NCBI GenBank assembly: GCA_045577595.1
Contig: JAZNIR010000135.1
Coordinates: 1-37,869, forward strand
Direction: 5' to 3'
Source of the DNA: Candidatus Scatosoma sp.
GTDB taxonomy: Bacteria > Bacillota > Clostridia > Christensenellales > Borkfalkiaceae
DNA length: 37,869 nt
The notes under the pieces were generated by a model. It did no database searches, was not told where the DNA came from, and saw nothing but the letters and a program-made list of their open reading frames with translations. The translations under genes and the position numbers were made by a program. This document shows positions 17,120 through 25,797 of the stretch, one piece after another. Every line of letters begins with the position of its first letter. Position 1 is the first letter of the stretch.

Positions 17120-17301
17120 AGGAGAATAACTTAAGCGATTTAAGGAATATTAATTATTTGTATGTATTTTATGGGGCACATGGGTACGGCGATAATACTT
17201 GGAAAAATGACCGAGTTTATATGGAATTATCGTATGTCGTAACTCAAACGGATATTAATTCCCCTGAGTTCTTTTGGTCGTATCAAGACCCGTTTGATTA
17301 A
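17098..17301 (+). CDS. hypothetical small protein (uncertain)
   Basis: 67-aa ORF that overlaps the lipoprotein gene end by 22 nt. It has no convincing RBS at its ATG and no recognisable motif. Confidence 0.3.
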   Translation: MFSNYRIKENNLSDLRNINYLYVFYGAHGYGDNTWKNDRVYMELSYVVTQTDINSPEFFWSYQDPFD

Positions 17302-17321
17302 ACTACTGTAAATAAAAACTT

Positions 17322-17360
17322 CCCCCTTGCCGTAAGCGACGGCAAGGGGGAACGCTTTTT
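17322..17360 (+). terminator. rho-independent terminator
   Basis: 12-bp GC-rich stem cccccttgccgt / acggcaaggggg, followed by AACGCTTTTT. Confidence 0.8.
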
Positions 17361-17375
17361 ATAAAAACACAAATC

Positions 17376-17412
17376 AAGAGCAAGGCGAAAAAGGCTTTGC
17401 TCTTATTTTTTT
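17376..17412 (+). terminator. second tandem hairpin plus T-run
   Basis: aagagcaaggc / ggctttgctctt stem (one G-U pair), followed by ATTTTTTT. Confidence 0.55.
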
Positions 17413-17575
17413 CGATTTACTCAATCGAAAAAAGTGATTATTCAATAAAATTTATCAAAATTTTCGATTATTTTTTCCGTTTTGACAGAAAAACGGTTGC
17501 TTTCTTTTTGAAAACATTGTACAATAGTAAACGTAAAAAACAGATGCGAACGAACGCAAACAGGAGATATAACGA

Positions 17576-18775
17576 ATGAAAAACAGAATTGCCAACAGAA
17601 TGACGACGATTTCCCCGTCTTTGACGCTTGCGATTTCCGCAAAGGCAAAGGCTATGAAAGCGGCGGGCGAACCCGTCGTGTCGTTTGGGGTGGGCGAACC
17701 CGATTTCAATACGCCCAATCATATTATCGAAGCGGCGAAAAAGGCGCTGGATAACGGTCATACGAAATATACGCCGTCGTCGGGGCTTTTGCCTTTGCGT
17801 AAGGCGATTTGCGAAAAGTTTGAAAAGGACAACGGACTTTCTTACGAGCCCTCGCAAATTATCGTTTCTAACGGGGCGAAACATTCGATTTTTAACGCTT
17901 GCTACGCCGTGCTAGAAGAAGGGGACGAAGTGATTATTCCCGTGCCCTATTGGCTTACCTATCCCGAAGTGGTGAAAGTGTGCGGGGCGACGCCCGTATA
18001 TCTGGATTGCAAGAAGGAAAACAAGTTTAAGTTTACGGCGGAAGATTTGAAAAAGGCGATTACGCCCAAGACGAAAATGCTTATCTTTAATTCCCCGTCC
18101 AATCCTACGGGCGCGGTGTATTGCGAAGAAGAAGTGCGCGCGATTGCCAAAGTGTGCGAAGAAGCGGATATTTTCGTGCTTGCCGACGAAATTTACGAAA
18201 AACTTTGTTATAACGGCGTAAAACCTTTTTCGATTGCAAAGTGTAGCGATAAGATGAAAGATTTAACGATAACCGTCAACGGCGTTTCGAAAACGTACGC
18301 AATGACGGGGTGGCGGGTTGGTTATCTCGCCGCGCCGAAAGACGTCGCGAAAGCCATTGATTCTTTCCAAAGCCACGCAACGTCCAACGCTTGTTCGATT
18401 TCTCAACACGCGACGATAGAAGCGCTTGCTTCGTCTGAAGAAGAAATCGGGGAAATGGTGAACGTATTCGATAAGCGCAGAGAAAAACTTTTGAAATTGA
18501 TTGCCGATATAGACGGCGTGTACGCCGTAGAGCCGGACTGCGCGTTTTACGTGATGATGGTGGTGGGCGGTTTGTACGGCAAATCGTACGGCGATAAGAA
18601 AATTAACGGTTCGATAGACTTTGCGGACGCGCTGTTGGACGCGGAAAAGGTGGCGACGATTCCCGGTGTTTCGTTCGGTGCGGACGATTGCGTACGCCTT
18701 TCTTATTCCCTTTCCGACGCGGATATTCAAGAAGGTTTGACGAGAATTAAACGGTTTGTAGAGAATTTGCGTTAA
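17576..18775 (+). CDS. class I pyridoxal-phosphate aminotransferase (aspartate aminotransferase-like)
   Basis: GEPDF, NPSNPTG and the PLP-lysine motif SKTYAMTGWRVGY. 399 aa. Confidence 0.9.
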   Translation: MKNRIANRMTTISPSLTLAISAKAKAMKAAGEPVVSFGVGEPDFNTPNHIIEAAKKALDNGHTKYTPSSGLLPLRKAICEKFEKDNGLSYEPSQIIVSNGAKHSIFNACYAVLEEGDEVIIPVPYWLTYPEVVKVCGATPVYLDCKKENKFKFTAEDLKKAITPKTKMLIFNSPSNPTGAVYCEEEVRAIAKVCEEADIFVLADEIYEKLCYNGVKPFSIAKCSDKMKDLTITVNGVSKTYAMTGWRVGYLAAPKDVAKAIDSFQSHATSNACSISQHATIEALASSEEEIGEMVNVFDKRREKLLKLIADIDGVYAVEPDCAFYVMMVVGGLYGKSYGDKKINGSIDFADALLDAEKVATIPGVSFGADDCVRLSYSLSDADIQEGLTRIKRFVENLR

Positions 18776-18788
18776 TACACGGTAAAAA

Positions 18789-18812
18789 ACGGGGCGAAAA
18801 AGCCCCGTTTTT
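18789..18812. terminator. terminator after the aminotransferase gene
   Basis: aaaaacggggc-gaaaaa-gccccgttttt. Confidence 0.8.
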
Positions 18813-18863
18813 CGATTATTAAAAAATTTTTTCATTTTTCCTTGATTTTTTTTCGTAAAAGTC

Positions 18864-18892
18864 TTGAAATTATGTGAAAAATTTGGTAGAAT
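18864..18892 (+). promoter_or_regulatory. extended -10 promoter
   Basis: TTGAAA (18864-18869), a 17-nt spacer, then TGgTAGAAT (18884-18892). Confidence 0.55.
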
Positions 18893-18961
18893 AGAATAAA
18901 CCCGAGTAAGAGCAATCCACAGCTTGGGTAAAGTTCGACAAAATCAGGGAGGATTTGATTT

Positions 18962-19369
18962 ATGATTAAAGTAATTTACGGCGCAAAGGGTACGGGTAAA
19001 ACCAAGATGATGATTGACGCGGCAAACGCTGCGGTGGAACAAGCGAAAGGACATCTGATTTTTATCACGGACAGCAAGCGCGGTATGTATGATTTAGAAC
19101 GCGAAGTGCGTTTTATCGACGTAAGTGAATACGATATTGCAGGCGAAACGGCGCTTTGCGGATTTATCAAGGGCGTTATTGCGGGTAACCACGATAACGA
19201 GTACGTATATATCGACGGCGTTGTCCGTATTGCGGGCAAACCGGTGCAAGAACTTGCAACGTTCTTCTATATGCTTGATAAAGTGGCGAAAAACAACAAT
19301 ATGGTGATTACCGTATCCGTTTCCGCAACGAAAGAAGAATTGCCTGATTTCGTTACGAAATATCTGTAA
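18962..19369 (+). CDS. minimal P-loop NTPase, function unknown
   Basis: Walker A is GAKGTGKT. A Walker B-like sequence is EYVYIDG. Only 135 aa. A GGGAGG RBS is present. Confidence 0.7.
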   Translation: MIKVIYGAKGTGKTKMMIDAANAAVEQAKGHLIFITDSKRGMYDLEREVRFIDVSEYDIAGETALCGFIKGVIAGNHDNEYVYIDGVVRIAGKPVQELATFFYMLDKVAKNNNMVITVSVSATKEELPDFVTKYL

Positions 19370-19424
19370 TCAATAACGCCGTTTTATAAGTATCGAACGG
19401 CATCTTTGTAAAATTCGTACGAGG

Positions 19425-19459
19425 ATAGCCGAGCGGTTCTTTCCGCTTGGCTATTTTTC
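19425..19459 (+). terminator. rho-independent terminator
   Basis: 12-bp stem atagccgagcgg / ccgcttggctat followed by TTTTCT. Confidence 0.7.
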
Positions 19460-19587
19460 TTAAAAAAGGGAAAATAGCGTAACAGCCGATAGCGGGCTGT
19501 CGTTTTTGCTTGTTTGCCGTCCGTATAGGGGCGGACGAACAGGAAAGGAAAAGAATAAAAGAGAAAAACGAAGGTAGGTTGAATAAG

Positions 19588-21129
19588 ATGTATTTTATCA
19601 GTACGCGTGGCGGAGAAAGAGTAACGGGTGCGGAAGCAATCGTACAAGGCTTGGCGAAAAACGGCGGTTTGTACGTGCCTGAAACCTTTCCGAAGGTAAG
19701 CCGTGAAGAAATGGAAGAAATGGCGGGTATGAGCTATCCCGAACGCGCGGCGTTCGTGCTTGGCAAATATCTTGCGGACGATTTGGGCGCGGATTACTTA
19801 AAAGAAATTTGCGAAAAGGCGTATTCCACGTTTACGAGCAAAGACCCTGCCCCGCTTGTGAAAATCGACGGGAATTTGTATATTTTAGAGCTTTTTCACG
19901 GGCCTACGTGCGCGTTTAAGGATATGGCGCTTACCGTTTTGCCTTATCTTATGACGAAAAGTTGCGAAGTTACGGGCATTCAAGACGAAATCCTTATTCT
20001 TGCGGCAACGAGCGGGGATACGGGTAAAGCGGCTTTGGAAGGCTTTCGCGACGTAAAAGGAACGAAAGTGGCAGTGTTCTATCCCGACGAAGGGGTGGCA
20101 AAAATGCAACGCTTGCAAATGTGTATTCAAGACGGCAACAACGTGTTCGTTTCGGCGGTGAAAGGAAATTTCGACGATTGTCAACGGGCGGTAAAACGGC
20201 TGTTTACTTCTCCCGATTTTAACGCGCAACTTGCGGAAAAACACGTGCGTCTTTCCAGCGCGAACTCGATGAACTTCGGACGGCTTGCTCCGCAAATTGC
20301 GTATTATTTCTCGGCGTATCTCGATTTGACGACGTCGGGGCAAATCGAAATGGGCGACAAAATCGACTTCGTCGTGCCTACGGGCAACTTCGGGGACATT
20401 TTGGCGGGGTGGTATGCAAAGCAAATGGGATTGCCCGTGCGCAGGCTCGTTTGCGCGTCGAATAGAAATAAAGTGCTTGCCGATTTCTTTGAAAAGGGCG
20501 TTTACGACGTGAAACGCAATTTCTACCGTACGATGTCGCCGTCTATGGACATTCTCGTTTCTTCCAATTTGGAAAGATTGTTGTTTGAAATTTCCGGCAG
20601 AAACGAAAAGGTTACGGCGGAGCGTATGCAACAACTTGCCGAAAAGAAAGAATACCGTATTACGACGGCGGAAAAGAACAAGCTCGATAAAGAATTTTTC
20701 GGCGGATTTGCCAGCGAAGACGACACCATTGAAGCGATGTACGAAATTTTCGAAGAATACGGGTATGCAATGGATACGCATACGGGCGTAGCGCTTTGGG
20801 TGTATATGGAATACCAAAAATCTATGGAAACGGAAGACGGCAAAAAGGATAATACGCCTTGCGTCGTGCTTTCTACGGCAAACCCTTACAAATTCCCGCA
20901 AGACGTATTGTACGCGCTTTCGGGCAACGACGTAAAGGACAGCTTTAAAGGGATTAAGCGTTTAAACTTGCTTACGGCAATGAAACCGCCCAAGAGCTTG
21001 TTGGATTTGCGTTACCGTCCGTTGCGCTTTAAGACGGTGGTGGAAAACGATTTAAACGCGATGGCGGCGGAAATTTTACGCTTTGCAGACGGGGAAATCG
21101 TGCCCGTACCCGACGGCGGAAAAAAGTAA
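19588..21129 (+). CDS. thrC: threonine synthase (long form)
   Basis: MYFISTRGG...GLYVPE N-terminus and the PLP motif GPTCAFKDMAL. The ATG at 19588 fits the family N-terminus. The track start at 19510 adds 26 unrelated residues. Confidence 0.92.
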   Translation: MYFISTRGGERVTGAEAIVQGLAKNGGLYVPETFPKVSREEMEEMAGMSYPERAAFVLGKYLADDLGADYLKEICEKAYSTFTSKDPAPLVKIDGNLYILELFHGPTCAFKDMALTVLPYLMTKSCEVTGIQDEILILAATSGDTGKAALEGFRDVKGTKVAVFYPDEGVAKMQRLQMCIQDGNNVFVSAVKGNFDDCQRAVKRLFTSPDFNAQLAEKHVRLSSANSMNFGRLAPQIAYYFSAYLDLTTSGQIEMGDKIDFVVPTGNFGDILAGWYAKQMGLPVRRLVCASNRNKVLADFFEKGVYDVKRNFYRTMSPSMDILVSSNLERLLFEISGRNEKVTAERMQQLAEKKEYRITTAEKNKLDKEFFGGFASEDDTIEAMYEIFEEYGYAMDTHTGVALWVYMEYQKSMETEDGKKDNTPCVVLSTANPYKFPQDVLYALSGNDVKDSFKGIKRLNLLTAMKPPKSLLDLRYRPLRFKTVVENDLNAMAAEILRFADGEIVPVPDGGKK

Positions 21130-21155
21130 AAATTTTATAAAAACACAAAAACGGT

Positions 21156-21190
21156 ATCCCCGATTTTAGATAATAAATTCGGGGATTTTT
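21156..21190 (+). terminator. rho-independent terminator after thrC
   Basis: atccccga / tcggggat stem followed by TTTTT. Confidence 0.7.
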
Positions 21191-21318
21191 GTTAAAAATG
21201 TGAAATATTGGGCGATTTCTCGTGAAACGCCCTTTTGCGGTTGCCTTTTTGTTTTCGTTGTGTTATAATGAACGGGAAGGCTTAAAAAAGCGAAAAACGG
21301 ATAAAAAAGGGGTTTTGT

Positions 21319-22209
21319 ATGTTCGGATACGTCCGCACGGATACGCCGTATTTATATATCAAAGACGATACGCTGTACCGCGCAATGTACTGCGGTGTGT
21401 GTAAAGGGATTGCAAAAGTTTGCGGAAATTCGGCGCGAATGGGGCTTTCCTACGACGTAACCTTTCTTTCCGCACTTTTCCACAACCTCGCGGGCGTGGA
21501 CGTGAAAATTGAAAAACAACATTGTTTAACCCATTGTATCCGCTCACGGCAAATGGCGGAAGTGGACGAAATGACTTGTCAACTCGGCGCGCTCAACACC
21601 GTGCTTGCCTATTATAAGTACGTCGACGACGTAGCGGACGGCGACGGCGGAAAAGGGAAACGGTGGTTTTTTAAAAAGGGTTTTAAACGGGCGAAAAAGA
21701 AATATCCCGAAATCGAACGTATCGTGCGCGAAAATCTTATAAAGCAAGCGCAAGTGGAAAAGGCGGGCGTGGACAGTTTGGATAGGGCAAGCGACGCGAC
21801 GGCGACGATGCTTGCGGATATTTCCGATTATATTTTAGATGGCAAAGCCAACGAATACACCCGTAAATTGTGTTACGCCGTCGGGAAATGGATTTATCTT
21901 ATCGACGCGCTGGACGATTACGATAAAGATAAGAAAAAGGGGAGCTATAATCCCTTTGAAAGGGCGTACGGCGTGGCTTGTAAACGAGAATTGACGGTGG
22001 GGAAAATAGGGGAAGAAGTAAATTACGCGTTTCACGCTTTGTTTTTTGATATCCGTGAAAATTTGAGCCACTTGCATTTTTCCTTTAACCGTGATTTGAC
22101 GGATAATATTTTATTGCGCGGTTTGCCACTCGTAACCAAACGGATTATGGAAGGATTACGTTGCGACGGCGCGTGTAAAAAAAGAAAAAAGAAAGATACT
22201 AATGGGTAA
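21319..22209 (+). CDS. DUF5685-like protein
   Basis: MFGYVRTD...YRAMYCGVCKGI N-terminus, recalled as typical of the DUF5685 family that often sits next to J-domain genes in Clostridia. The family call comes from memory only. Confidence 0.6.
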   Translation: MFGYVRTDTPYLYIKDDTLYRAMYCGVCKGIAKVCGNSARMGLSYDVTFLSALFHNLAGVDVKIEKQHCLTHCIRSRQMAEVDEMTCQLGALNTVLAYYKYVDDVADGDGGKGKRWFFKKGFKRAKKKYPEIERIVRENLIKQAQVEKAGVDSLDRASDATATMLADISDYILDGKANEYTRKLCYAVGKWIYLIDALDDYDKDKKKGSYNPFERAYGVACKRELTVGKIGEEVNYAFHALFFDIRENLSHLHFSFNRDLTDNILLRGLPLVTKRIMEGLRCDGACKKRKKKDTNG

Positions 22210-22257
22210 AATAGGGGGAAAATAGCGGCGGATAAACGCCGAAAAGGAATAAAAACT

Positions 22258-22878
22258 ATGAATGAAAATTACAAAATTTTAGGTGTAAACGAAAACGCAA
22301 CCGACGAAGAAATTACCGCGCGCTACAAAGAGCTTAAAGCCAAGTATAGCGAAGAAAGATGGCAAGACGGCGAAGCGGGCAACGAAGCGGCGAAAATGCT
22401 TACCAAAGTGGAACTTGCCTACAAGGAAATTATGGCGGGCAGAAAGGAGCAAAGTAAAAATACCGACGGCGTCGACGTCTACGAAGAAATCGGACGGTTG
22501 TTAAAGGAAGAAAAAATTGCAAAAGCGCAAGCGCTTTTAGACGATTGCAACGAACGCCCTGCCGAATGGCATTATTTGCAAGCGGTGGTTTATTATAAGA
22601 AAGATTGGACGAACGACAGCAAAAAGCAGTTGGAAATCGCTATGCAAATGGACCCCGACAATGTGAAATACCGTAGCGCGTACGGCAAAATTAACGCGAA
22701 AAACGATTTCCAAAAACAATCGGCGCACGAAACGGAAAATCCGTATTCGAGAAATAACGGCGCGCCGATAGACGACGAACCGCAAATGGGCGGAAACGCT
22801 TGTTCGAACTGTATCTCTTGTTGCTACACCTATCTTTGCGTAGACTGCTTGTTCAGTCTTTGTTGCGGTTGCCGTTAA
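22258..22878 (+). CDS. J-domain-like protein lacking the HPD motif, with a Cys-rich C-terminal tail
   Basis: The N-terminus is NYKILGVNENATDEEITARYKELKAKYSEE, with SEE where HPD is expected. The C-terminus is CSNCISCCYTYLCVDCLFSLCCGC. Confidence 0.7.
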   Translation: MNENYKILGVNENATDEEITARYKELKAKYSEERWQDGEAGNEAAKMLTKVELAYKEIMAGRKEQSKNTDGVDVYEEIGRLLKEEKIAKAQALLDDCNERPAEWHYLQAVVYYKKDWTNDSKKQLEIAMQMDPDNVKYRSAYGKINAKNDFQKQSAHETENPYSRNNGAPIDDEPQMGGNACSNCISCCYTYLCVDCLFSLCCGCR

Positions 22879-22893
22879 GCGCAAAAACGATAG

Positions 22894-23421
22894 ATGAAAC
22901 GGCTGGATTCCCACCAAATTGCGCTGTCCGCGCTCGCTTGCGCGATAGCCACTATATTTTTAACGCTCGGCATTTATTCGGAGTTTTTGCTCTTTACGGG
23001 ATATTTGCTCGGTTGCGTTGCGCTGATGTTGCCCCTTGCGAAAAAAAGCTACTTGGGATACGTTTTGGCGTACTTGGCAAGTTGCATACTCGCCTTTATC
23101 TTTAATGCGGGGCGGTTTTGGGATTTGTTGCCGTTTATTGCGTTTTTCGGGTTGCACCCGCTCGTCAACGAGTTGCAACTGCGTTTTAAAATCAACCGTG
23201 TCGTGGCGTGCGTGGTGAAAGCCGTTTGGTTTGACGTAACGATGTATTTGATTTGGCGGTTTATTTTCGGAATGACTACCGCCGTAGATTTTTTAAATTC
23301 TCAAAATATTCTTTGGATTATTCTCGTATTCGGCTCGCTTTTCTTCGTGCTGTACGATTACTTAATGTATAAGTGGCGAGGGATTGTGAACGTTACCGTG
23401 CGTAGAATTAGTAAAAAATAG
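22894..23421 (+). CDS. hypothetical polytopic membrane protein
   Basis: 175 aa with about 5 hydrophobic segments. No motif recognised. Confidence 0.65.
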   Translation: MKRLDSHQIALSALACAIATIFLTLGIYSEFLLFTGYLLGCVALMLPLAKKSYLGYVLAYLASCILAFIFNAGRFWDLLPFIAFFGLHPLVNELQLRFKINRVVACVVKAVWFDVTMYLIWRFIFGMTTAVDFLNSQNILWIILVFGSLFFVLYDYLMYKWRGIVNVTVRRISKK

Positions 23422-23440
23422 CGCGGTTTGGAGGACGAAT

Positions 23441-25180
23441 ATGATACGGAAAAACGACAGTATTTGCGCGATTACCGAAGCTATCGGTTCGGGCGGAGAA
23501 GGGATTATCAGGCACGAAGGGGTAACTTTTTTCGTGCCTGCTTGTTTGCCTAACGAAAAGGTACGCTTTAAAGCGCTGAAAATAAAGGGGAACGTGGGAT
23601 ACGGAAAGCTGGAAGAAGTGCTTACGCCTGCAAAGGAACGGGTGCGGGCGAAGTGTCCCGTTTTTTTGCGTTGCGGTGGGTGTTGTTTGCAACATTTGGA
23701 TTATTCCGCGCAACTTGTACATAAATCGAAAGTGGTGAAAGACGCTCTGCGGAAAATCGGCGGTTTGGACGTGGACGTGCCGACGGCGATTGCCAGCGAT
23801 TTTCCCTACGCATACAGAAATAAATTGCAAATGCCGATTGGCGTAAACGCGCAAGGGGAAACGGTGATTGGATTTTATGCCGAACGTAGCCACCGTATCG
23901 TGGAAATTTCTTCGTGCGCTATTCACCCGCAGTGGGCGGAGAAGTTAATTGCCGTTGTAAAACGGTACGTGGCGGAAAAGGGGGTACAGGGTTACGACGA
24001 AACGAAAAAGACGGGGTTATTAAGGCATATCGTCGCGCGGGAAATCGGCGGGAATTTTATCTTTACGCTGGTGGCAACCAATGGAAACGTGCCGTTTTTG
24101 GAGTATTTTGTAAATCTACTTTCCGAAGAATTTTCTTCCTTTTCGTTATACGTCAACGTGAACGATAAAGATACGAACGTGATTTTCGGCGAACGCTTTC
24201 ATCTCGTACACGGGCAGGGCTTTTTTCAAGCGGAAGAACAAGGAATACGTTACGAAGCGGGGCCCGTTACCTTTTTGCAAGTGAACGAAAACGTGCGTGG
24301 AAAGCTGTATCAAGACGCTTTGCAAACGGTGGTGAACGGCGGGGACGAAGTAGTTGTCGACGCGTATTCGGGCGGTGGACTTTTGACGGCTATGATAGCG
24401 AAAAAAGCGAAAAGGGCGTACGGAATCGAATTGGAAGAAGAGGCGTCCCGTTGCGCCGACGCGTTAAAGAAAAAAAACGGTTTGGGAAATATGACGAATA
24501 TTTGCGGGTACGTGGAAGAAAAGCTGTTTGCCGTCGTGGAAAGGGAAAAAGCCGAGAAATTGCGTTTAATTCTTGACCCGCCCCGCGCGGGAATAGCGCG
24601 GAGCGTTTTGAAAGCCTTATTGCAAAGCGGTATTCCAAAGCTTACGATTATTTCTTGCAATCCCGCTACGCTTGCGCGAGATTTAGGGATATTGACGGGG
24701 CGTTTGGTGGAAAACGAAAAGGGCGAATTGATGAAAAACCCCGATTTCGACGTAAACGGAAAGGGGAATACGGGCGATTATTACGAAATAGAACGCATAC
24801 AACCTTACGACATGTTCCCCCAAACCAAACACGTGGAGACGTTAGTTGTTCTTTCCCACAAAAAACCTGACGGACATATCAGTGTAAACGTAGAGTTTGG
24901 AGAAGAAGAAGGACAGGTTTCTCTTAAAGATATAGAAAAGCGCGCATTAGAGCGTGCGCCTAAGAAAAAGACGACTTACAAAGATATTCAAGCGTATATC
25001 GAAGAAAAGTATGGTTTCAAAGTGCATACGGCTTACATTGCCGAAGTGAAAAGAGATTTAGGCTTACCTATGTATGATGCTCCGAACGCAGTAAACGAAT
25101 TAAAATATCCGCGTTCACATCCAACGGATGAAATGGTAGAAGCGATAAAAGACGCTCTTAAACATTTTGAGATGATTTAA
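23441..25180 (+). CDS. rlmD: 23S rRNA (uracil-C5)-methyltransferase RlmD/RumA with a ~110-aa C-terminal extension of foreign composition
   Basis: TRAM-like N-terminus, Fe-S cysteines CPVFLRCGGCCLQH, DAYSGGG and DPPRAG SAM motifs, and SCNPATLARD with the catalytic Cys. After ...HVETLVVLS the codon usage changes. The tail is KVHTAYIAEVKRDLGLPMYDAPNAV. Confidence 0.88.
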   Translation: MIRKNDSICAITEAIGSGGEGIIRHEGVTFFVPACLPNEKVRFKALKIKGNVGYGKLEEVLTPAKERVRAKCPVFLRCGGCCLQHLDYSAQLVHKSKVVKDALRKIGGLDVDVPTAIASDFPYAYRNKLQMPIGVNAQGETVIGFYAERSHRIVEISSCAIHPQWAEKLIAVVKRYVAEKGVQGYDETKKTGLLRHIVAREIGGNFIFTLVATNGNVPFLEYFVNLLSEEFSSFSLYVNVNDKDTNVIFGERFHLVHGQGFFQAEEQGIRYEAGPVTFLQVNENVRGKLYQDALQTVVNGGDEVVVDAYSGGGLLTAMIAKKAKRAYGIELEEEASRCADALKKKNGLGNMTNICGYVEEKLFAVVEREKAEKLRLILDPPRAGIARSVLKALLQSGIPKLTIISCNPATLARDLGILTGRLVENEKGELMKNPDFDVNGKGNTGDYYEIERIQPYDMFPQTKHVETLVVLSHKKPDGHISVNVEFGEEEGQVSLKDIEKRALERAPKKKTTYKDIQAYIEEKYGFKVHTAYIAEVKRDLGLPMYDAPNAVNELKYPRSHPTDEMVEAIKDALKHFEMI

Positions 25181-25270
25181 AGATAAAAGTATAAAAATAG
25201 GCTAATATAACGGTTAATTTTCAACATTTTAATATCAATGAAAAGCGCAAATTTTTAAGTGTAAAAAAAT

Positions 25271-25304
25271 TTGACAGTTTTTTTGCACACGAAAGTGATA
25301 TAAT
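25271..25304 (+). promoter_or_regulatory. promoter of the accessory operon (extended -10)
   Basis: TGaTATAAT at 25296-25304. TTGACA at 25271-25276 sits at a non-optimal 22-nt spacing. Confidence 0.5.
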
Positions 25305-25319
25305 ATAACCAACGGAATA

Positions 25320-25393
25320 TAACAGGCAAAGGCACGACTATTTGAGGAATAGTCGTGCCTTTGCTTGTTTACAGGCAAAGGCACGACTATTTG
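25320..25393 (+). repeat. direct-inverted-direct repeat leader (A 25322-25344, A' 25348-25364, A 25371-25393)
   Basis: acaggcaaaggcacgactatttg occurs twice, 49 nt apart. Between the two copies lies its reverse complement aatagtcgtgcctttgc, giving a 17-22 bp hairpin with either copy. Confidence 0.9.
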
Positions 25394-25408
25394 GGTCTAA
25401 GAAAAAAA

Positions 25409-25783
25409 ATGAAAAAAAGCAGTTTGAGAAAGTTTTTGAATTCGTATTATTTGATAATTGAATCCGTAAAAGAAAAACGACGCGAAACGGAGCTTCTATT
25501 GTATGGTCGTAGAAAAAGAATTAGTATACCTGATTGGTGTTGGAGAATAGAAGAAATTTTTCAAAAAATAACAGTCGCGGAAAATAATTTTATCGTGAAT
25601 GAAATTATTGATAAGGTATATAGGCAAGGGGTAGGGGATAAAAGCGTATTTTTAGACTTGCCTATTACGGAAAGTGGGTACTACCGATTAAAACGCAAAC
25701 TTGAAGAAAAAATTTATGAGCTATATATCTCAAGCGGCGACGTAGACGAAGAAGAAATCTTAAAAAATAAATTAATGGAATAA
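25409..25783 (+). CDS. ArpU/RinA-like small transcriptional regulator (sigma region-4-like HTH)
   Basis: 124 aa from the ATG at 25409. The C-terminus LPITESGYYRLKRKLEEKIYELY resembles the ArpU-family motif (SES.FYRLK.RAL..F). The track start at 25355 lies inside the leader hairpin. Confidence 0.5.
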   Translation: MKKSSLRKFLNSYYLIIESVKEKRRETELLLYGRRKRISIPDWCWRIEEIFQKITVAENNFIVNEIIDKVYRQGVGDKSVFLDLPITESGYYRLKRKLEEKIYELYISSGDVDEEEILKNKLME

Positions 25784-25797
25784 AGAGGTAAAAAAAC

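Noticed and set aside
19460-19587. Possible attenuator or riboswitch upstream of thrC (weak hairpins at 19482-19500 and 19517-19535, and a purine-rich tract)
   Set aside because: The stems are only 6 bp. I could not recognise any known riboswitch or T-box core, and no clear promoter. This is not enough evidence to call a regulatory RNA, but it would be worth a cmsearch.
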